Source: Candidatus Latescibacterota bacterium (GTDB taxonomy: Bacteria > Latescibacterota > UBA2968 > GCA-2709665). From it: a DNA stretch of 64,000 nucleotides. Below are positions 54,086 through 64,000 of the stretch, piece by piece. The stretch lies in contig OZ250150.1 in the NCBI GenBank assembly GCA_965237675.1, positions 5,408,001-5,472,000 of the forward strand, in the 5' to 3' direction. Below the pieces are notes generated by a model. The model was not told the DNA's origin. It worked only from the letters and a program-made list of their open reading frames with translations, and searched no databases. A program made the position numbers and the translations under genes. How positions within the stretch are numbered: the first letter of the stretch is position 1; every line of letters starts with the position of its first letter.

Positions 54086-56905
54086 ATGATTAAGCACAAG
54101 GTACTCTCCAAAACGGGCTCAACGCGGGGCACCGCGTATACGATGAGCAACAAGATCCTCACCCACGGCGGAAAGACCCACGTGGCGTGGCTGGATCAGA
54201 TTTGCAAGATCTACGTACGGACCTACCATCACAGGACCAGACGCTGGGGCAGGCCGGTCTGTGTCGGAACCGGGGACGACAACCACGCCGGGGCGGCGTT
54301 TGCGATGGATTCACGGGGATAACTGCATCTTGCGTTCGGCCCTCATCACAATCCGGTCCGGCATATGGTGAGCAGACGCCCCAATACCGCAACCTCGTGG
54401 GTGGAACAACCCTCGTTCGGGGGGAAAACGGCGACCTATCCGAGCCTGGTGTGCGACGAGGACGATACGTTGCACGCCTGTTACCGGGGGTCGTTCGCCG
54501 GGGAGCGGCCGTGGTCGCTGGTTTATCAGAAAAGAGCAAAGGGCGGGGAATGGACGGATCCGGCCAAGCTCGTGGACCCGGAGGGGCCGCCGGCATATAC
54601 GCAGTTCGAGAACGCGCTTCACATCGACAAGAGCGGAACGCTGGTTCTGGCCTACCACATCGTAAGGGCTACCGAAGCGGATTACAGCGAAACAAGAGGC
54701 AGGGGCTTCGGCGTGATGCGCTCCGGTGACGGGGGCGAGACCTGGGAAACCATGGACGGACATGCGTTGTCCCTGCCCACAACGCCGGCCTCCCCCTGTG
54801 TGATCGAGTTCGACGAAGGACTGGATGTCCGTATGGGCAACGTCGTATGCAAAAGCCGGGGAGCACCCTGCTTTACGCTGAATCGCCGAGACGGCGGCGC
54901 TGCGGAGACGTATTTTTATGCCTGGGACAAGAGTGGCTGGCGGGTCGTTTCGCTGATGCCCGAGGCAGAGCGGCTCTATGGCCCCTGCGAAATGTCCGAT
55001 GTTTGCGCGCTCAGCATTGCGCACGACGGGGTGATATACGCGGCCGGGGTGGTCTGTCAACGGGGCGGCGGATGGGCGGATTCCAGCAACGAGATCGCGC
55101 TGTTTACGTCGCGGGACGGCGGGGAGACATTTTCTGGCTACGGAATATCGCCGGGAGAACCGGTCGCATCGAACTGGTTGCCCAGCCTGGAACGGCAAAC
55201 GGGACACAACCGGGTTGACGTTCCGCGTCTGGTCTATACCCATGGACATATCGGCGAGGGGTGCAGCCCGGATATCGATACAGAGATCCGACACGTATCG
55301 CTGGTCGATATCGCGGATGCGGAAGCAAGTGTCGTCGACGCCGATATCGCGGGGTCGGAACGGCTGAGCGGAATCCGTTTTACCGAAAAACAGCGCGGGA
55401 AAATGCGGCGGGACGTCGAGCAATATCGACTCCGGTACCGGGAACTTCGCGAGGTCGACGTGGGCTACAACGTGAGCCCGGCGTCGATATTCCTGCCCGG
55501 CGTAAAACCGCCGCCATCGGGAGAACAGCGGGCGTTCCGGCTCAATCCCGCGGAGGTCGACAGGCCGGCATCCGCGGAAGACCTGGCTTTCCTGCCTGTG
55601 AGCGCGCTCGCCCGATTGGTGGAAACCCGGGCCGTGTCACCCGTGGAACTGATCCGGCTCTACCTGGATCGGCTGGACGCATTCGGCGAGAAATTGCATT
55701 GCGTGGTTTCGCTCACCGAAGACCTGGCCATGGCGCAGGCGAAGGCCGCGGAGGCGGAGATCATGGCCGGAAAATACAGGGGGCCGCTCCATGGCATTCC
55801 GTGGGGCGCCAAGGACCTGCTGGCCACGAAGGGAATCCGGACCACGTGGGGCGCCACCCCCTTCAAGGAACAAACCGGCGAAACCGACGCGGCCGTAGTG
55901 GAACGGCTTCGGGATGCGGGCGCGGTCCTGGCGGCCAAGCTCTCAACCGGGGCGCTTGCCACGGGGTCGCACTGGTTCGGGGGAATGACACGGAATCCGT
56001 GGGACGTCGAGACGCAGTCCAGTGGATCGTCGGCGGGTCCGGGCGCCGCGACCGCCGCCGGCCTCGTCGGGTTCAGCATCGGTTCGGAAACGCAGGGATC
56101 CATCGTTTCGCCCAGCCACACCTGCGGGGTGGCTGGGCTGCGGCCGACCTACGGCCGCGTGAGCCGATATGGAACGATGTCGCTCGCCTGGACCATGGAC
56201 AAGTTGGGCCCCATGTGCCGCGGCGTTGAAGATTGCGCGGCGGTCTTCAGCGCCATCCACGGACCGGACGGGAGAGACCGTTCCGTGGTCGACGCGCCGT
56301 TCAATTGGCCCGCGGCCCCCGACATGAAGGCCCTGCGAGTGGGGTTCATACAGCCGGAATTCGATGCGTTACACGAAGCCCGGGAGCGGGAGGTCTACCA
56401 GGCCGCGTTTCGGAAGTTTGAGGATCTCGCAATGAGCGTTGCGCCGGTGGCGCTTCCGGAGTGTCCCCACGGAGCCGTTTCGATGATGCTGTGCGTGGAA
56501 GCGGCCGCCGCGTTCGACAGCGCGACCCGAGCGGGCGAACTGGATTCCATGATCGATGCGGACGGCAGTTCCTGGCCGACGATTTTTCGCAGCTACCGGA
56601 TGGTGCCCGCGGTGGAGTATCTGCGAGCGCAACAGGTGCGTTCCCTGATGATTCGGGACCTCGAGGAACTCATGGCGAATTGGGACGTGCTGCTCGCACC
56701 CGGCAAGGCCGGCGCGAGTCTGACCATGACCAATCTGACCGGGCATCCGGCGCTGACGCTGAAGTGTGGATTTGTTGACGGGATGCCCCGGGGATTGACG
56801 CTGATCGGCAGACTCTACGACGAGGCGACCCTGCTGTCCGTGGGCCTGGCGTACGAGCAGTCAACGGACTGGCACACTCAACATCCGAATGTGGGGGAAC
56901 GGTAA
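54086..56905 (+). pseudogene. BNR-4/Asp-box propeller + amidase-signature fusion with one in-frame TAA at 54320-54322
   Basis: DDNH..DSRG*LHLAFGPHH continuous in frame; Asp-boxes SGDGGETW and SRDGGETF; amidase KDL, SSGSSAG, GSETQGS. Confidence 0.75.
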
Positions 56906-57064
56906 CGGCTCAGGGTCCGCCGGCCCGGGAAGCGTCGACCGGCCAGGCAACGTCCCGGAGCCCGGCGACATGATCAGCGATCCGGTGGATACAAAGTCAC
57001 CTTGGATCGGTTGCATCGTCAGGTTCTTTTTTTCCGGCATCATCAATCAATGGAGGTTTGAAAC

Positions 57065-58147
57065 ATGTCAGAGGAATTCAGAGGCATGCCGTGCCGGCGT
57101 GTCGGAAACTCCGGTCTGTTCGTGTCCGCGGTGGGGCTGGGAATGTGGAAATGGGGCGATCCGGTGTACGATGGATCTCGCATAGGGGATCACGAGGGGT
57201 TCGAGGTCCTGGACCGGGCCCTGGAACTCGGGGTCTTTCATTGGGACACAGCATGTTCCTACAACCTGGGATCGGGAAATTCAGAACGTCTGCTGGGACG
57301 TTATTTCGCCGCCCGTCCGCGTTCCGTCAGGGAGCAGGTCGTCTTAGCGACCAAGATTCACAACCCGGTGCGCGCGGAGCACGCCATGCAGGCCGACTTC
57401 ACGCCGAATCAACTCGGCGCCTCGCGGACGTATATTCACTTTGGCGTGGACAAGTGCCTGGAGCGGTTGCAGACGGATTATATCGACCTGCTCTATCTGC
57501 ACCAGAACGGCACCGACGACGACGGGAACTACCGGGTTCCGATCGAGGAAACCTGGGGCGCGTTCGACGATCTGGTCTCACAGGGAAAGGTGCGTTACCT
57601 GGCGGTATCCAATCATTCGGCGAAGCAGATGAGGAATGCGGTCGCGGCGCTCGGGAAGGTGGGCAAGGACGTGTCCCGGCGAATCGTGGCCGTGCAGAAC
57701 CGGTACAATCTCGTGCAGCAGGTTGCGCTGGCGGTGGATGAGGGCGGCAGGGCGTCGGATGTCCTGAAGGCGGCGGCCAGAGCGGGCGTGGGGGTGATTC
57801 CCTATTATCCGCTGGCAAGCGGTCTGCTCACCGGCCGATACCGCAAGGGAAGGCTGGAAGAGGCGGCGGGGCGGATTATCGACGACGGCGACGAGGCCGA
57901 GTTTCTGACCGAACCCTACCTGGATGCCGTTGAAGGGCTGTTGGAGGTCGCGGAGTCGAAAGGCATTTCACTCGCCCAACTCGCCATCGCCTGGCTGCTG
58001 GCCAACGAGCAGGTGCCGTCCGTGATCGCCGGCGTCACCGAAATGGGGCACCTGGAGGACAACGTGAATGCGTCCGGCGTGGAATTGACGGGCCACGACA
58101 TGGCGCGGATCGATAAGATTGTGGAAGCCGCGCTGGGGCGCAATTAG
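57065..58147 (+). CDS. Aldo/keto reductase
   Basis: GLGMW, WDTACSY, SE..LG, LATK, TDYIDLLYLH, GKVRY..VSN, YYPLASG. Confidence 0.92.
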   Translation: MSEEFRGMPCRRVGNSGLFVSAVGLGMWKWGDPVYDGSRIGDHEGFEVLDRALELGVFHWDTACSYNLGSGNSERLLGRYFAARPRSVREQVVLATKIHNPVRAEHAMQADFTPNQLGASRTYIHFGVDKCLERLQTDYIDLLYLHQNGTDDDGNYRVPIEETWGAFDDLVSQGKVRYLAVSNHSAKQMRNAVAALGKVGKDVSRRIVAVQNRYNLVQQVALAVDEGGRASDVLKAAARAGVGVIPYYPLASGLLTGRYRKGRLEEAAGRIIDDGDEAEFLTEPYLDAVEGLLEVAESKGISLAQLAIAWLLANEQVPSVIAGVTEMGHLEDNVNASGVELTGHDMARIDKIVEAALGRN

Positions 58148-58272
58148 GAAACCATTTCGAAGCGGCCGTATTTCCTCGGCACACGCCACCGGCCATCGCG
58201 CGGCGAGCGCCCGGCGCGGACGCGACGACGCGTTCTGTTTCCATCCTACTTATTCCTTGAGGCCGGACCGTA

Positions 58273-59133
58273 ATGCTCGTAGAACGGATCGCCACCTTTG
58301 GGCGGATGATCAAATTTTCGCACAGTGTATTCGCCCTTCCGTTCGCGTTCAGCGGCGCAGCGCTGGCGGCGTTGGAAGTGGACATCCTCCCTGCCCAGGT
58401 GTTCTGGATTGCCGTGGCGATGGCGGGCGCCAGGAGCGCCGCGATGGGGTTCAACCGGCTCGTCGACCGCGTCGTGGATGCGGCGAATCCCAGGACCGCG
58501 GGCCGGGAGTTGCCGCAAGGCCTGATCTCGCCGGGCGCCGTGCGCCTGTTCGTCGCCATTTCCTCCGCGGCCCTGATCGTCGCGGCCTGGCGGCTGAACC
58601 CGCTCTGCTTCGCGCTATCGCCGGTGGCGCTTGGCATCGTGTTTTTCTATTCTTATACCAAACGGTTCACATGGGCCACACAGTTTTTTCTCGGGCTGGC
58701 GCTGTCGGTCGCGCCCATCGGCGCATGGATCGCCATTACCGGGCGTCTGGACGCGGCGATCCTGCTGCTGGCCGGGGCTGTATTGGCGTGGGTTTCCGGT
58801 TTCGATATCATCTATGCCTGCCAGGACGTCGAGTTCGACCGCGGCCACGGGATTTTTTCAATTCCGCAGCGATTCGGTGTGCGGCGGGGGCTGGCGATCG
58901 CACGCGGATTGCACGTCATTTCGTTTCTTCTGATGGCGGCGGTGGGTGTGTACTTCGGGTTGGGCGGCATCTATGCGGCAGGGTTGATCGTGGTGGCGGG
59001 GTTGATTCTGTATGAGCACTCGCTGGTGAAGCCGGATGACCTTTCGAGGCTGGGTGTGGCGTTCATGAATGCGAATGCCGCGATCAGCACCGTCTTTTTC
59101 GCCTTTACGCTAGGAGACGTGCTGTGGCGGTGA
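58273..59133 (+). CDS. UbiA-family prenyltransferase (MqnP-type)
   Basis: IKFSHSVFALPF, RSAAMGFNR..D...D..NPRT, YSYTKR, GFDIIYACQD. Confidence 0.9.
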   Translation: MLVERIATFGRMIKFSHSVFALPFAFSGAALAALEVDILPAQVFWIAVAMAGARSAAMGFNRLVDRVVDAANPRTAGRELPQGLISPGAVRLFVAISSAALIVAAWRLNPLCFALSPVALGIVFFYSYTKRFTWATQFFLGLALSVAPIGAWIAITGRLDAAILLLAGAVLAWVSGFDIIYACQDVEFDRGHGIFSIPQRFGVRRGLAIARGLHVISFLLMAAVGVYFGLGGIYAAGLIVVAGLILYEHSLVKPDDLSRLGVAFMNANAAISTVFFAFTLGDVLWR

Positions 59134-59732
59134 ACCGCATTGCGGTTGCGATCACGGGCGCCAGCGGGGCGATTTATGCCCTGCGCACCCTGCGCGCGCT
59201 GCTTTTGAACGGGCACGAAGTCCATCTCATCGTGTCCGCGTTCGGATGGATGCTTCTGCGCGAGGAGGGCGGCTTCGAGGGGAAGCAGTCCGAGTTCCAG
59301 GGTTTCCTTTTCGATCGATACGGCGCGGGAATCGAGAACGGGCGGGTGGTCATTCACCAGATCGGCAATATGGCGGCCCCTGTCGCGAGCGGGTCCGTGG
59401 GTTCGCGCGGAATGGTCGTCGTGCCATGTTCAATGAAGTACCTCTCCAATATCGCCCACGGCGCGTCCGGAAATCTGATCGAGCGCGCTGCGGACGTGAC
59501 ACTCAAGGAACGGCGGCCGCTGATCCTGGTCCCCAGGGAAACGCCCATGAACCTGGTCCACCTTCGGAACATGACGGCCGCCGCCGAGGCAGGAGCCGCC
59601 ATCCTTCCGGCCATGCCCGCGTTTTACCAGAAGCCCGAAACCTTTGACGACCTGGCGGATTTCATCGCGGGACGCATCCTGAATCTGCTGGGGATCGAAA
59701 ACAAGCTGTTTCCGCCATGGACGGGCATGTGA
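59130..59732 (+). CDS. ubiX: Flavin prenyltransferase UbiX
   Basis: ITGASG, ASGS, PCSM, RAADV.LKE, PRETP, PAMPAFY. Confidence 0.93.
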   Translation: MNRIAVAITGASGAIYALRTLRALLLNGHEVHLIVSAFGWMLLREEGGFEGKQSEFQGFLFDRYGAGIENGRVVIHQIGNMAAPVASGSVGSRGMVVVPCSMKYLSNIAHGASGNLIERAADVTLKERRPLILVPRETPMNLVHLRNMTAAAEAGAAILPAMPAFYQKPETFDDLADFIAGRILNLLGIENKLFPPWTGM

Positions 59733-59771
59733 CAACGCGTCAACCTCGGGATCGACTCAAGGGAGTATCCG

Positions 59772-61070
59772 ATGTACACGGACCTGATGCACCATATCAA
59801 CGAAACGGCGCTGGTCGATACGCACGAACACCTGCGAAAAGAACCGGAATGGGTGAACGAGGGACCCGATATCCTGCAGGATCTGTTCGGAAACTACGTC
59901 CCGGCCGATCTTCACACGGCCGGCGCATCGTCCGAGGCCCTCAGTCGGTTGATGGACGGTTCGGACCCCGACATCGCCGGGCGATTCGAAGGAATTCGTG
60001 AAGCGTGGGAGGCCACGCAGTTCACCGGGTACGGAGAGGCTGTGCGCCTGATCGCCTCGCATGTCTACGGCCTCGACGCACTCACGGCGGATGCACTCCA
60101 GGCCGCCCGGGAAAAGATCCATTCCCTGCGGCGCCCCGGTGAACGGCATCGCCTGCTGTGCGACCTCGCCAACCTGGATCACGTTCAGACGGACGATTTC
60201 AGTTGGGCCTGTCTTCCGGATGCGTCAGGACTCGATTTTTTCCTGTACGATCTCTCCTGGGCGGGATTCTGCAACGGCCAGGTCGATCCCGGGCAGATCC
60301 ACGCAGAGACGAATATTGAGGTGACCGGTCTCGACACCCTCAGGCGGGCGATGGAGGAGATCTTCTCGAAATATGCCGGATGCGCCATCGCGGTGAAGGC
60401 ACAACACGCCTACAGTCGCACACTGAATTGGAGTGAACGGCACCACCCGGAGGCGGAGGCTGCGCTTGAAAGCATATTGAGAGGGCCGGAAGGGGAGGTT
60501 TCCGTCGAAGCGCGCCTGTGCCTGGGGGACTGGTGCTGGGCGCGCGGTGTGGAACTCTCGATCGCGCACGATCTGCCGTTCAAGATCCACACCGGGTACT
60601 ACGCGGGCAACGACCGAATGCCGGTGAGCCGCATCTCGGCCGGGAATATGTGCGCGCTATTCGCACGCTATCCGGACGCCCGGTTTGTCCTGATGCACAT
60701 CGCCTATCCTTATAGCGACGAACTGGTGGCGCTGGCGAAGCACTACCGTAATACCTGGGTCGATCTCTGCTGGGCATGGAGCATCGATCCCTATAGTTCG
60801 CGAGACTTTCTGCGCCGCTTCCTGCACGCGGTCCCATCCAACAAGCTGTTTGCGTTCGGGGGCGATACGGGTTGGCCCACGGGCGCGCTCGCGTACTCCA
60901 TCCAGGCGCGGAATGAGATTCGCCGGGCGCTCGACGCGGAAATTGCGGAAGGGTATATGACGGAGAAACAGGCGATGGACGTGGCGACGCGCATCATGCG
61001 GAAGAATCAGTACGCCTGTTTCGATATACAGGGAACGCGAGCGAATATACGCGCGGCCGCCGGTGCGTAA
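59772..61070 (+). CDS. Amidohydrolase family protein
   Basis: DTHEH, IHTG, FVLMHIAYP, FGGD. Confidence 0.85.
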   Translation: MYTDLMHHINETALVDTHEHLRKEPEWVNEGPDILQDLFGNYVPADLHTAGASSEALSRLMDGSDPDIAGRFEGIREAWEATQFTGYGEAVRLIASHVYGLDALTADALQAAREKIHSLRRPGERHRLLCDLANLDHVQTDDFSWACLPDASGLDFFLYDLSWAGFCNGQVDPGQIHAETNIEVTGLDTLRRAMEEIFSKYAGCAIAVKAQHAYSRTLNWSERHHPEAEAALESILRGPEGEVSVEARLCLGDWCWARGVELSIAHDLPFKIHTGYYAGNDRMPVSRISAGNMCALFARYPDARFVLMHIAYPYSDELVALAKHYRNTWVDLCWAWSIDPYSSRDFLRRFLHAVPSNKLFAFGGDTGWPTGALAYSIQARNEIRRALDAEIAEGYMTEKQAMDVATRIMRKNQYACFDIQGTRANIRAAAGA

Positions 61071-61096
61071 ATCAAAATGAGCGAGGTGGAGAATCG

Positions 61097-61471
61097 ATGC
61101 CGGTTACAGACGCTCTGCTTGACGAGATGGTACGGACTATCGTCCACGAAGTTGATCCTGAACAGGTAATCCTGTTCGGCTCGTACGCACGCGGTACCGA
61201 AACCGGCAATTCCGACGTGGATCTACTGATAATCGAATCAGAACCATTCGCGAATGCGCAATTGAGGTACGACGAGGGACTGAGGCTTTACAATGCACTG
61301 TCTCGCTTTCACGTTCCCAAAGATATTCTGGTCTATAGTCGCGAACGGGTCGAGTATTGGCGCGACTCCCTTAACAATGTTGTAGCGCGAGCCCTGCGCG
61401 AAGGACGGGTGCTCTATGAGCGACCCCAAACAGGCACGCACGTTGATCGAAGCTGCCGAGCGAGACATTAG
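61097..61471 (+). CDS. Minimal nucleotidyltransferase (MNT antitoxin)
   Basis: LFGSYARG....SDVDLL; ALREGRVLY. Confidence 0.85.
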   Translation: MPVTDALLDEMVRTIVHEVDPEQVILFGSYARGTETGNSDVDLLIIESEPFANAQLRYDEGLRLYNALSRFHVPKDILVYSRERVEYWRDSLNNVVARALREGRVLYERPQTGTHVDRSCRARH

Positions 61472-61565
61472 GACGGTCCGTCTCATGGCTTCCAATGTCG
61501 ATTTCCCTGACGAAAACTTCGGTTTCAACGTACAGCAGGGAGCGGGCGTTCTAAATCTGGTATAA
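61416..61565 (+). pseudogene. Truncated HEPN toxin
   Basis: Manual translation MSDPKQARTLIEAAERD...FGFNVQQGA breaks before the expected EK..K; 49 aa. Confidence 0.7.
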
Positions 61566-61635
61566 AAACAACCGCCGGTTGCGCCCAACCGGCGGTATTG
61601 TGCTGTACCTCATTCGGAATCGTGAGGAGTCCGTC

Positions 61636-62919
61636 CTACCGATACGGGTCGGCGTTGAAGTTGACACGCATCGAGACGAGCAGGCGCACCGTGCGCACCT
61701 GGTCCTGGCGATTGCCTTCCGTCTGTTTGTACCCGCCAAACACAGCGGCCAGATCCACCGCAAAATACCGATCCAATTCAGCGCCGATCCCAAGCGTCCA
61801 CGCATCGCGGTCCGTCTCGATTCGCACCTCGGGTACGGGGCCGCCTCCCACGTACCGAACCGGATCGCGATAGTATCCGCCCCTCACGGCGACGCCCCGC
61901 CCCGGAATGGCGTATTCACCGCCCAGATGGATCCGCACCGCGCTTCGGTATTGCCGGCGGAAATCGTCGACATGCGGCGTGATGTTCCGAGCCAGGACGC
62001 TGTAGGTGACTTCCTGTAAATCTCCGTAATGCACATCGCCGCTCAATGTCAATCCCGCCGAGGACCATCCCAGACCGAGTCCCAGCGAGAGCGGCTGGCG
62101 TATCTCGTACCTGTCCGCGTAGGCGTCGCGCGGATAGATATCCGTCCGATCGTCAAACGTATCTTCGAATTTGTCCGCCAGTTCAGCCGACACCCGGATG
62201 GGGGTCGCCGCGGAAACCGTAATGCCAAGCCGGAAATTGGACGGATGCCAGTAGCGGATGCCGCCCTGGACGCCCAACGCGGAAAAGCGGTCGTCGGATT
62301 CGAAACGCTGGAAAAGGCGAACGGTATCCGCGTGGACCTGCCGCACGTCTTCAAGTGTCAATTCCTGCATGAATCGGTTGGTGCCACGCCATTTGTACAA
62401 AGAAACCCCCGCGGACAGGCGCGGCGCCAAGTCGACTGCAACGCCCAGCGTCCACGCGCCGAGGGTGCCCCTGTCTTCCGAAAAACCCGACTTTTCGAAT
62501 TCGGCGATTTCATCGTACGCGTCGATCCGCAATCCACTGTCGAAGTGCCGGTTGCGCCCGAACCCCCCCGCAAAAACCAGGCTGCCCCGATAGACCGGCG
62601 CCGGGTACACGATGCCCACCGACGCGATGCGCGTACTGTTCAATTCAAATGCCGAAGCGCCGCTGAAAAAACGCGAATCGTTCCGAAAACGATCGTGTGA
62701 CATCCCCCACGATACAGATCCGCGCCGGACCCTTGCCAATCCCGCCGGGTTCCAGAAAAGACCGGAGAAATCATCCGATACCGTAACATACGCGCCGCCC
62801 ATCCCCATTGCGCGGGCGCCGATTCCGGAAAACCCGTCCAGTGCGACCTCCTGCGCGTTAAGGGCTGCCGCCCAGGCGCAGAACGCCAGCATCGGGACAA
62901 TTGGACGGGCCCGCCTCAC
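61636..62919 (-). CDS. Outer-membrane beta-barrel (FadL/OmpP1-like)
   Basis: Signal peptide; GARAMGMGGA...FWNPAGL; amphipathic strands. Confidence 0.82.
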   Translation of the reverse strand: MRRARPIVPMLAFCAWAAALNAQEVALDGFSGIGARAMGMGGAYVTVSDDFSGLFWNPAGLARVRRGSVSWGMSHDRFRNDSRFFSGASAFELNSTRIASVGIVYPAPVYRGSLVFAGGFGRNRHFDSGLRIDAYDEIAEFEKSGFSEDRGTLGAWTLGVAVDLAPRLSAGVSLYKWRGTNRFMQELTLEDVRQVHADTVRLFQRFESDDRFSALGVQGGIRYWHPSNFRLGITVSAATPIRVSAELADKFEDTFDDRTDIYPRDAYADRYEIRQPLSLGLGLGWSSAGLTLSGDVHYGDLQEVTYSVLARNITPHVDDFRRQYRSAVRIHLGGEYAIPGRGVAVRGGYYRDPVRYVGGGPVPEVRIETDRDAWTLGIGAELDRYFAVDLAAVFGGYKQTEGNRQDQVRTVRLLVSMRVNFNADPYR

Positions 62920-63590
62920 CTCATCCCTCCTCTACGCCGCTGGCCCTCGCGCTTCTCCTCGCGCTTTTCCTCCTGCTTTTCCTCTTCGTTCTTCGAGGAT
63001 GACTTACCGCTTTCCGTACTGGGTGGTTTCGAGGCAGTTCTCGTTGCGCCGCTCGCCCTCTTCGGCTTCGGATTGGCTCGGATCGCGCCGGCTGCCGGTC
63101 CACGGCGCCTTCGCGTCGTCCTGGTTACCCCGCTGCCCTTACGGACCGTACCGGCGGATGCGGGCTCGCCACCCCGCAATCCGGTATGTCTGATGCGCAG
63201 GCGCGGTTCGTGAAGATCGATCGGGTAAGGTTCGGTCGGGCGATACGTGTACGTGGGAGCGGGTAACCGTCCGCGCGCGAGAATCCGCCGCATCCACCCT
63301 CGCCACCACGGCCCGTATGCGGCCGTCCAGTAGGAATATCTCCATGGGAAACCCCGTCTCGCCCAGGACGGATATCCGGGAAAATACGGTTCAAAATACG
63401 GCGCGGGGTCCCACCCGTACGGATCGAAATAGTTGTACACATACTGTTTGTATACCGTAACACCGGGCAGTTCCGTGGACGCCCCGGACTCATCCCGGCT
63501 TTCCGATTCATATCCGGGCGGCCGAATCTGGGTATAGCACCCTGCAAGTGCAAGTAGACCTATCATTACGAGGCAGATACGATAAACCAT
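62916..63590 (-). CDS. Tyr/Trp/Pro-rich lipoprotein with a disordered charged tail
   Basis: Lipobox LAGC-YTQ; overlaps the OMP start. Confidence 0.65.
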   Translation of the reverse strand: MVYRICLVMIGLLALAGCYTQIRPPGYESESRDESGASTELPGVTVYKQYVYNYFDPYGWDPAPYFEPYFPGYPSWARRGFPWRYSYWTAAYGPWWRGWMRRILARGRLPAPTYTYRPTEPYPIDLHEPRLRIRHTGLRGGEPASAGTVRKGSGVTRTTRRRRGPAAGAIRANPKPKRASGATRTASKPPSTESGKSSSKNEEEKQEEKREEKREGQRRRGGMR

Positions 63591-63776
63591 GGCAGCCTCC
63601 CAGGATGTGAAATGCCGTCCGTCCAACCGAGCTGTCCCTGCCCTGCCCCACCTGTTTACAAAATAGCTGATTTTTGACTTCGACACAATACCCCGAAACC
63701 CAATTGGGCCTGCTGCTTCGGTTTCGTCCAGTTTCTGTTTTCCCTGGTATCGGAATACTTTACCACATCCGGCGGA

Positions 63777-64000
63777 TCAACCGGCTTTTCGCAAAAGCAT
63801 CGCAACAAGGGATCTGAACCCCTTTCGTCTCCGTTGGGCAGGCTCAGCTTCCTGACAGCAGGATTCTGAACGAGAACCGCTGTTTCCTTTTCGTGCGGCG
63901 AGGCGGGATTCAATCTCCACGTGCTCAGGGAACCGACCTTCTTTCAATTTGGAAAAGATCGCTTCCCCGTCCACAGTGAGTTCAAAGCGTCCCCTGCCCG
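63777..64000 (-). CDS. SelW/SelT/Rdx-family protein, 3' part (5' end outside the window)
   Basis: GRGRFELTVDGEAIFSKLKEGRFPE. Confidence 0.75.
   Translation of the reverse strand, partial: GRGRFELTVDGEAIFSKLKEGRFPEHVEIESRLAARKGNSGSRSESCCQEAEPAQRRRKGFRSLVAMLLRKAG

Noticed and set aside
54320-54322. Stop-codon reassignment or Sec/Pyl read-through in the BNR-amidase gene
   Set aside because: The codon is TAA, which ends many other genes here; a point mutation or sequencing error is more parsimonious

Overview
GC-rich bacterial genomic window. The gene content (EF-hand/dockerin-like secreted protein, many sulfatase-like and Gfo enzymes, FadL-type OMP with an upstream lipoprotein) suggests an FCB/Latescibacterota-like diderm; this is inference only. 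Main highlight (1-8.6 kb, minus strand): an unusual phage-shock (Psp)/ESCRT-III-type envelope-stress locus ordered pspA, membrane-anchored winged-helix protein, PspB-like peptide, PspG/LiaI-like peptide, ECF sigma factor, nfeD, flotillin, soluble TPR histidine kinase, and a PspF-like sigma-54 activator fused to a receiver domain. The pspA promoter shows a sigma-54 -24/-12 box, an IHF-like site and PspF-type UAS palindromes. The rest is mostly housekeeping and metabolic genes: copA, thiL, His6-type hisA, RND permease, S1 paralog with a GGQ release-factor homolog, pyrK/pyrD, nnr, three tRNAs, gltX, glnS, prs, manA and mqnP/ubiX. Other oddities are a carB split into two genes with alternative hairpins at the junction, a MITE-like repeat family with a nested insertion, an AT-rich islet with a RelE-like gene broken at an A_AAA_AAG slippery site, several decayed toxin-antitoxin modules, two Thr-type sulfatase-like enzymes, and a BNR-propeller/amidase fusion interrupted by one in-frame TAA. 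All calls are from motif recognition by eye; no database searches were run.
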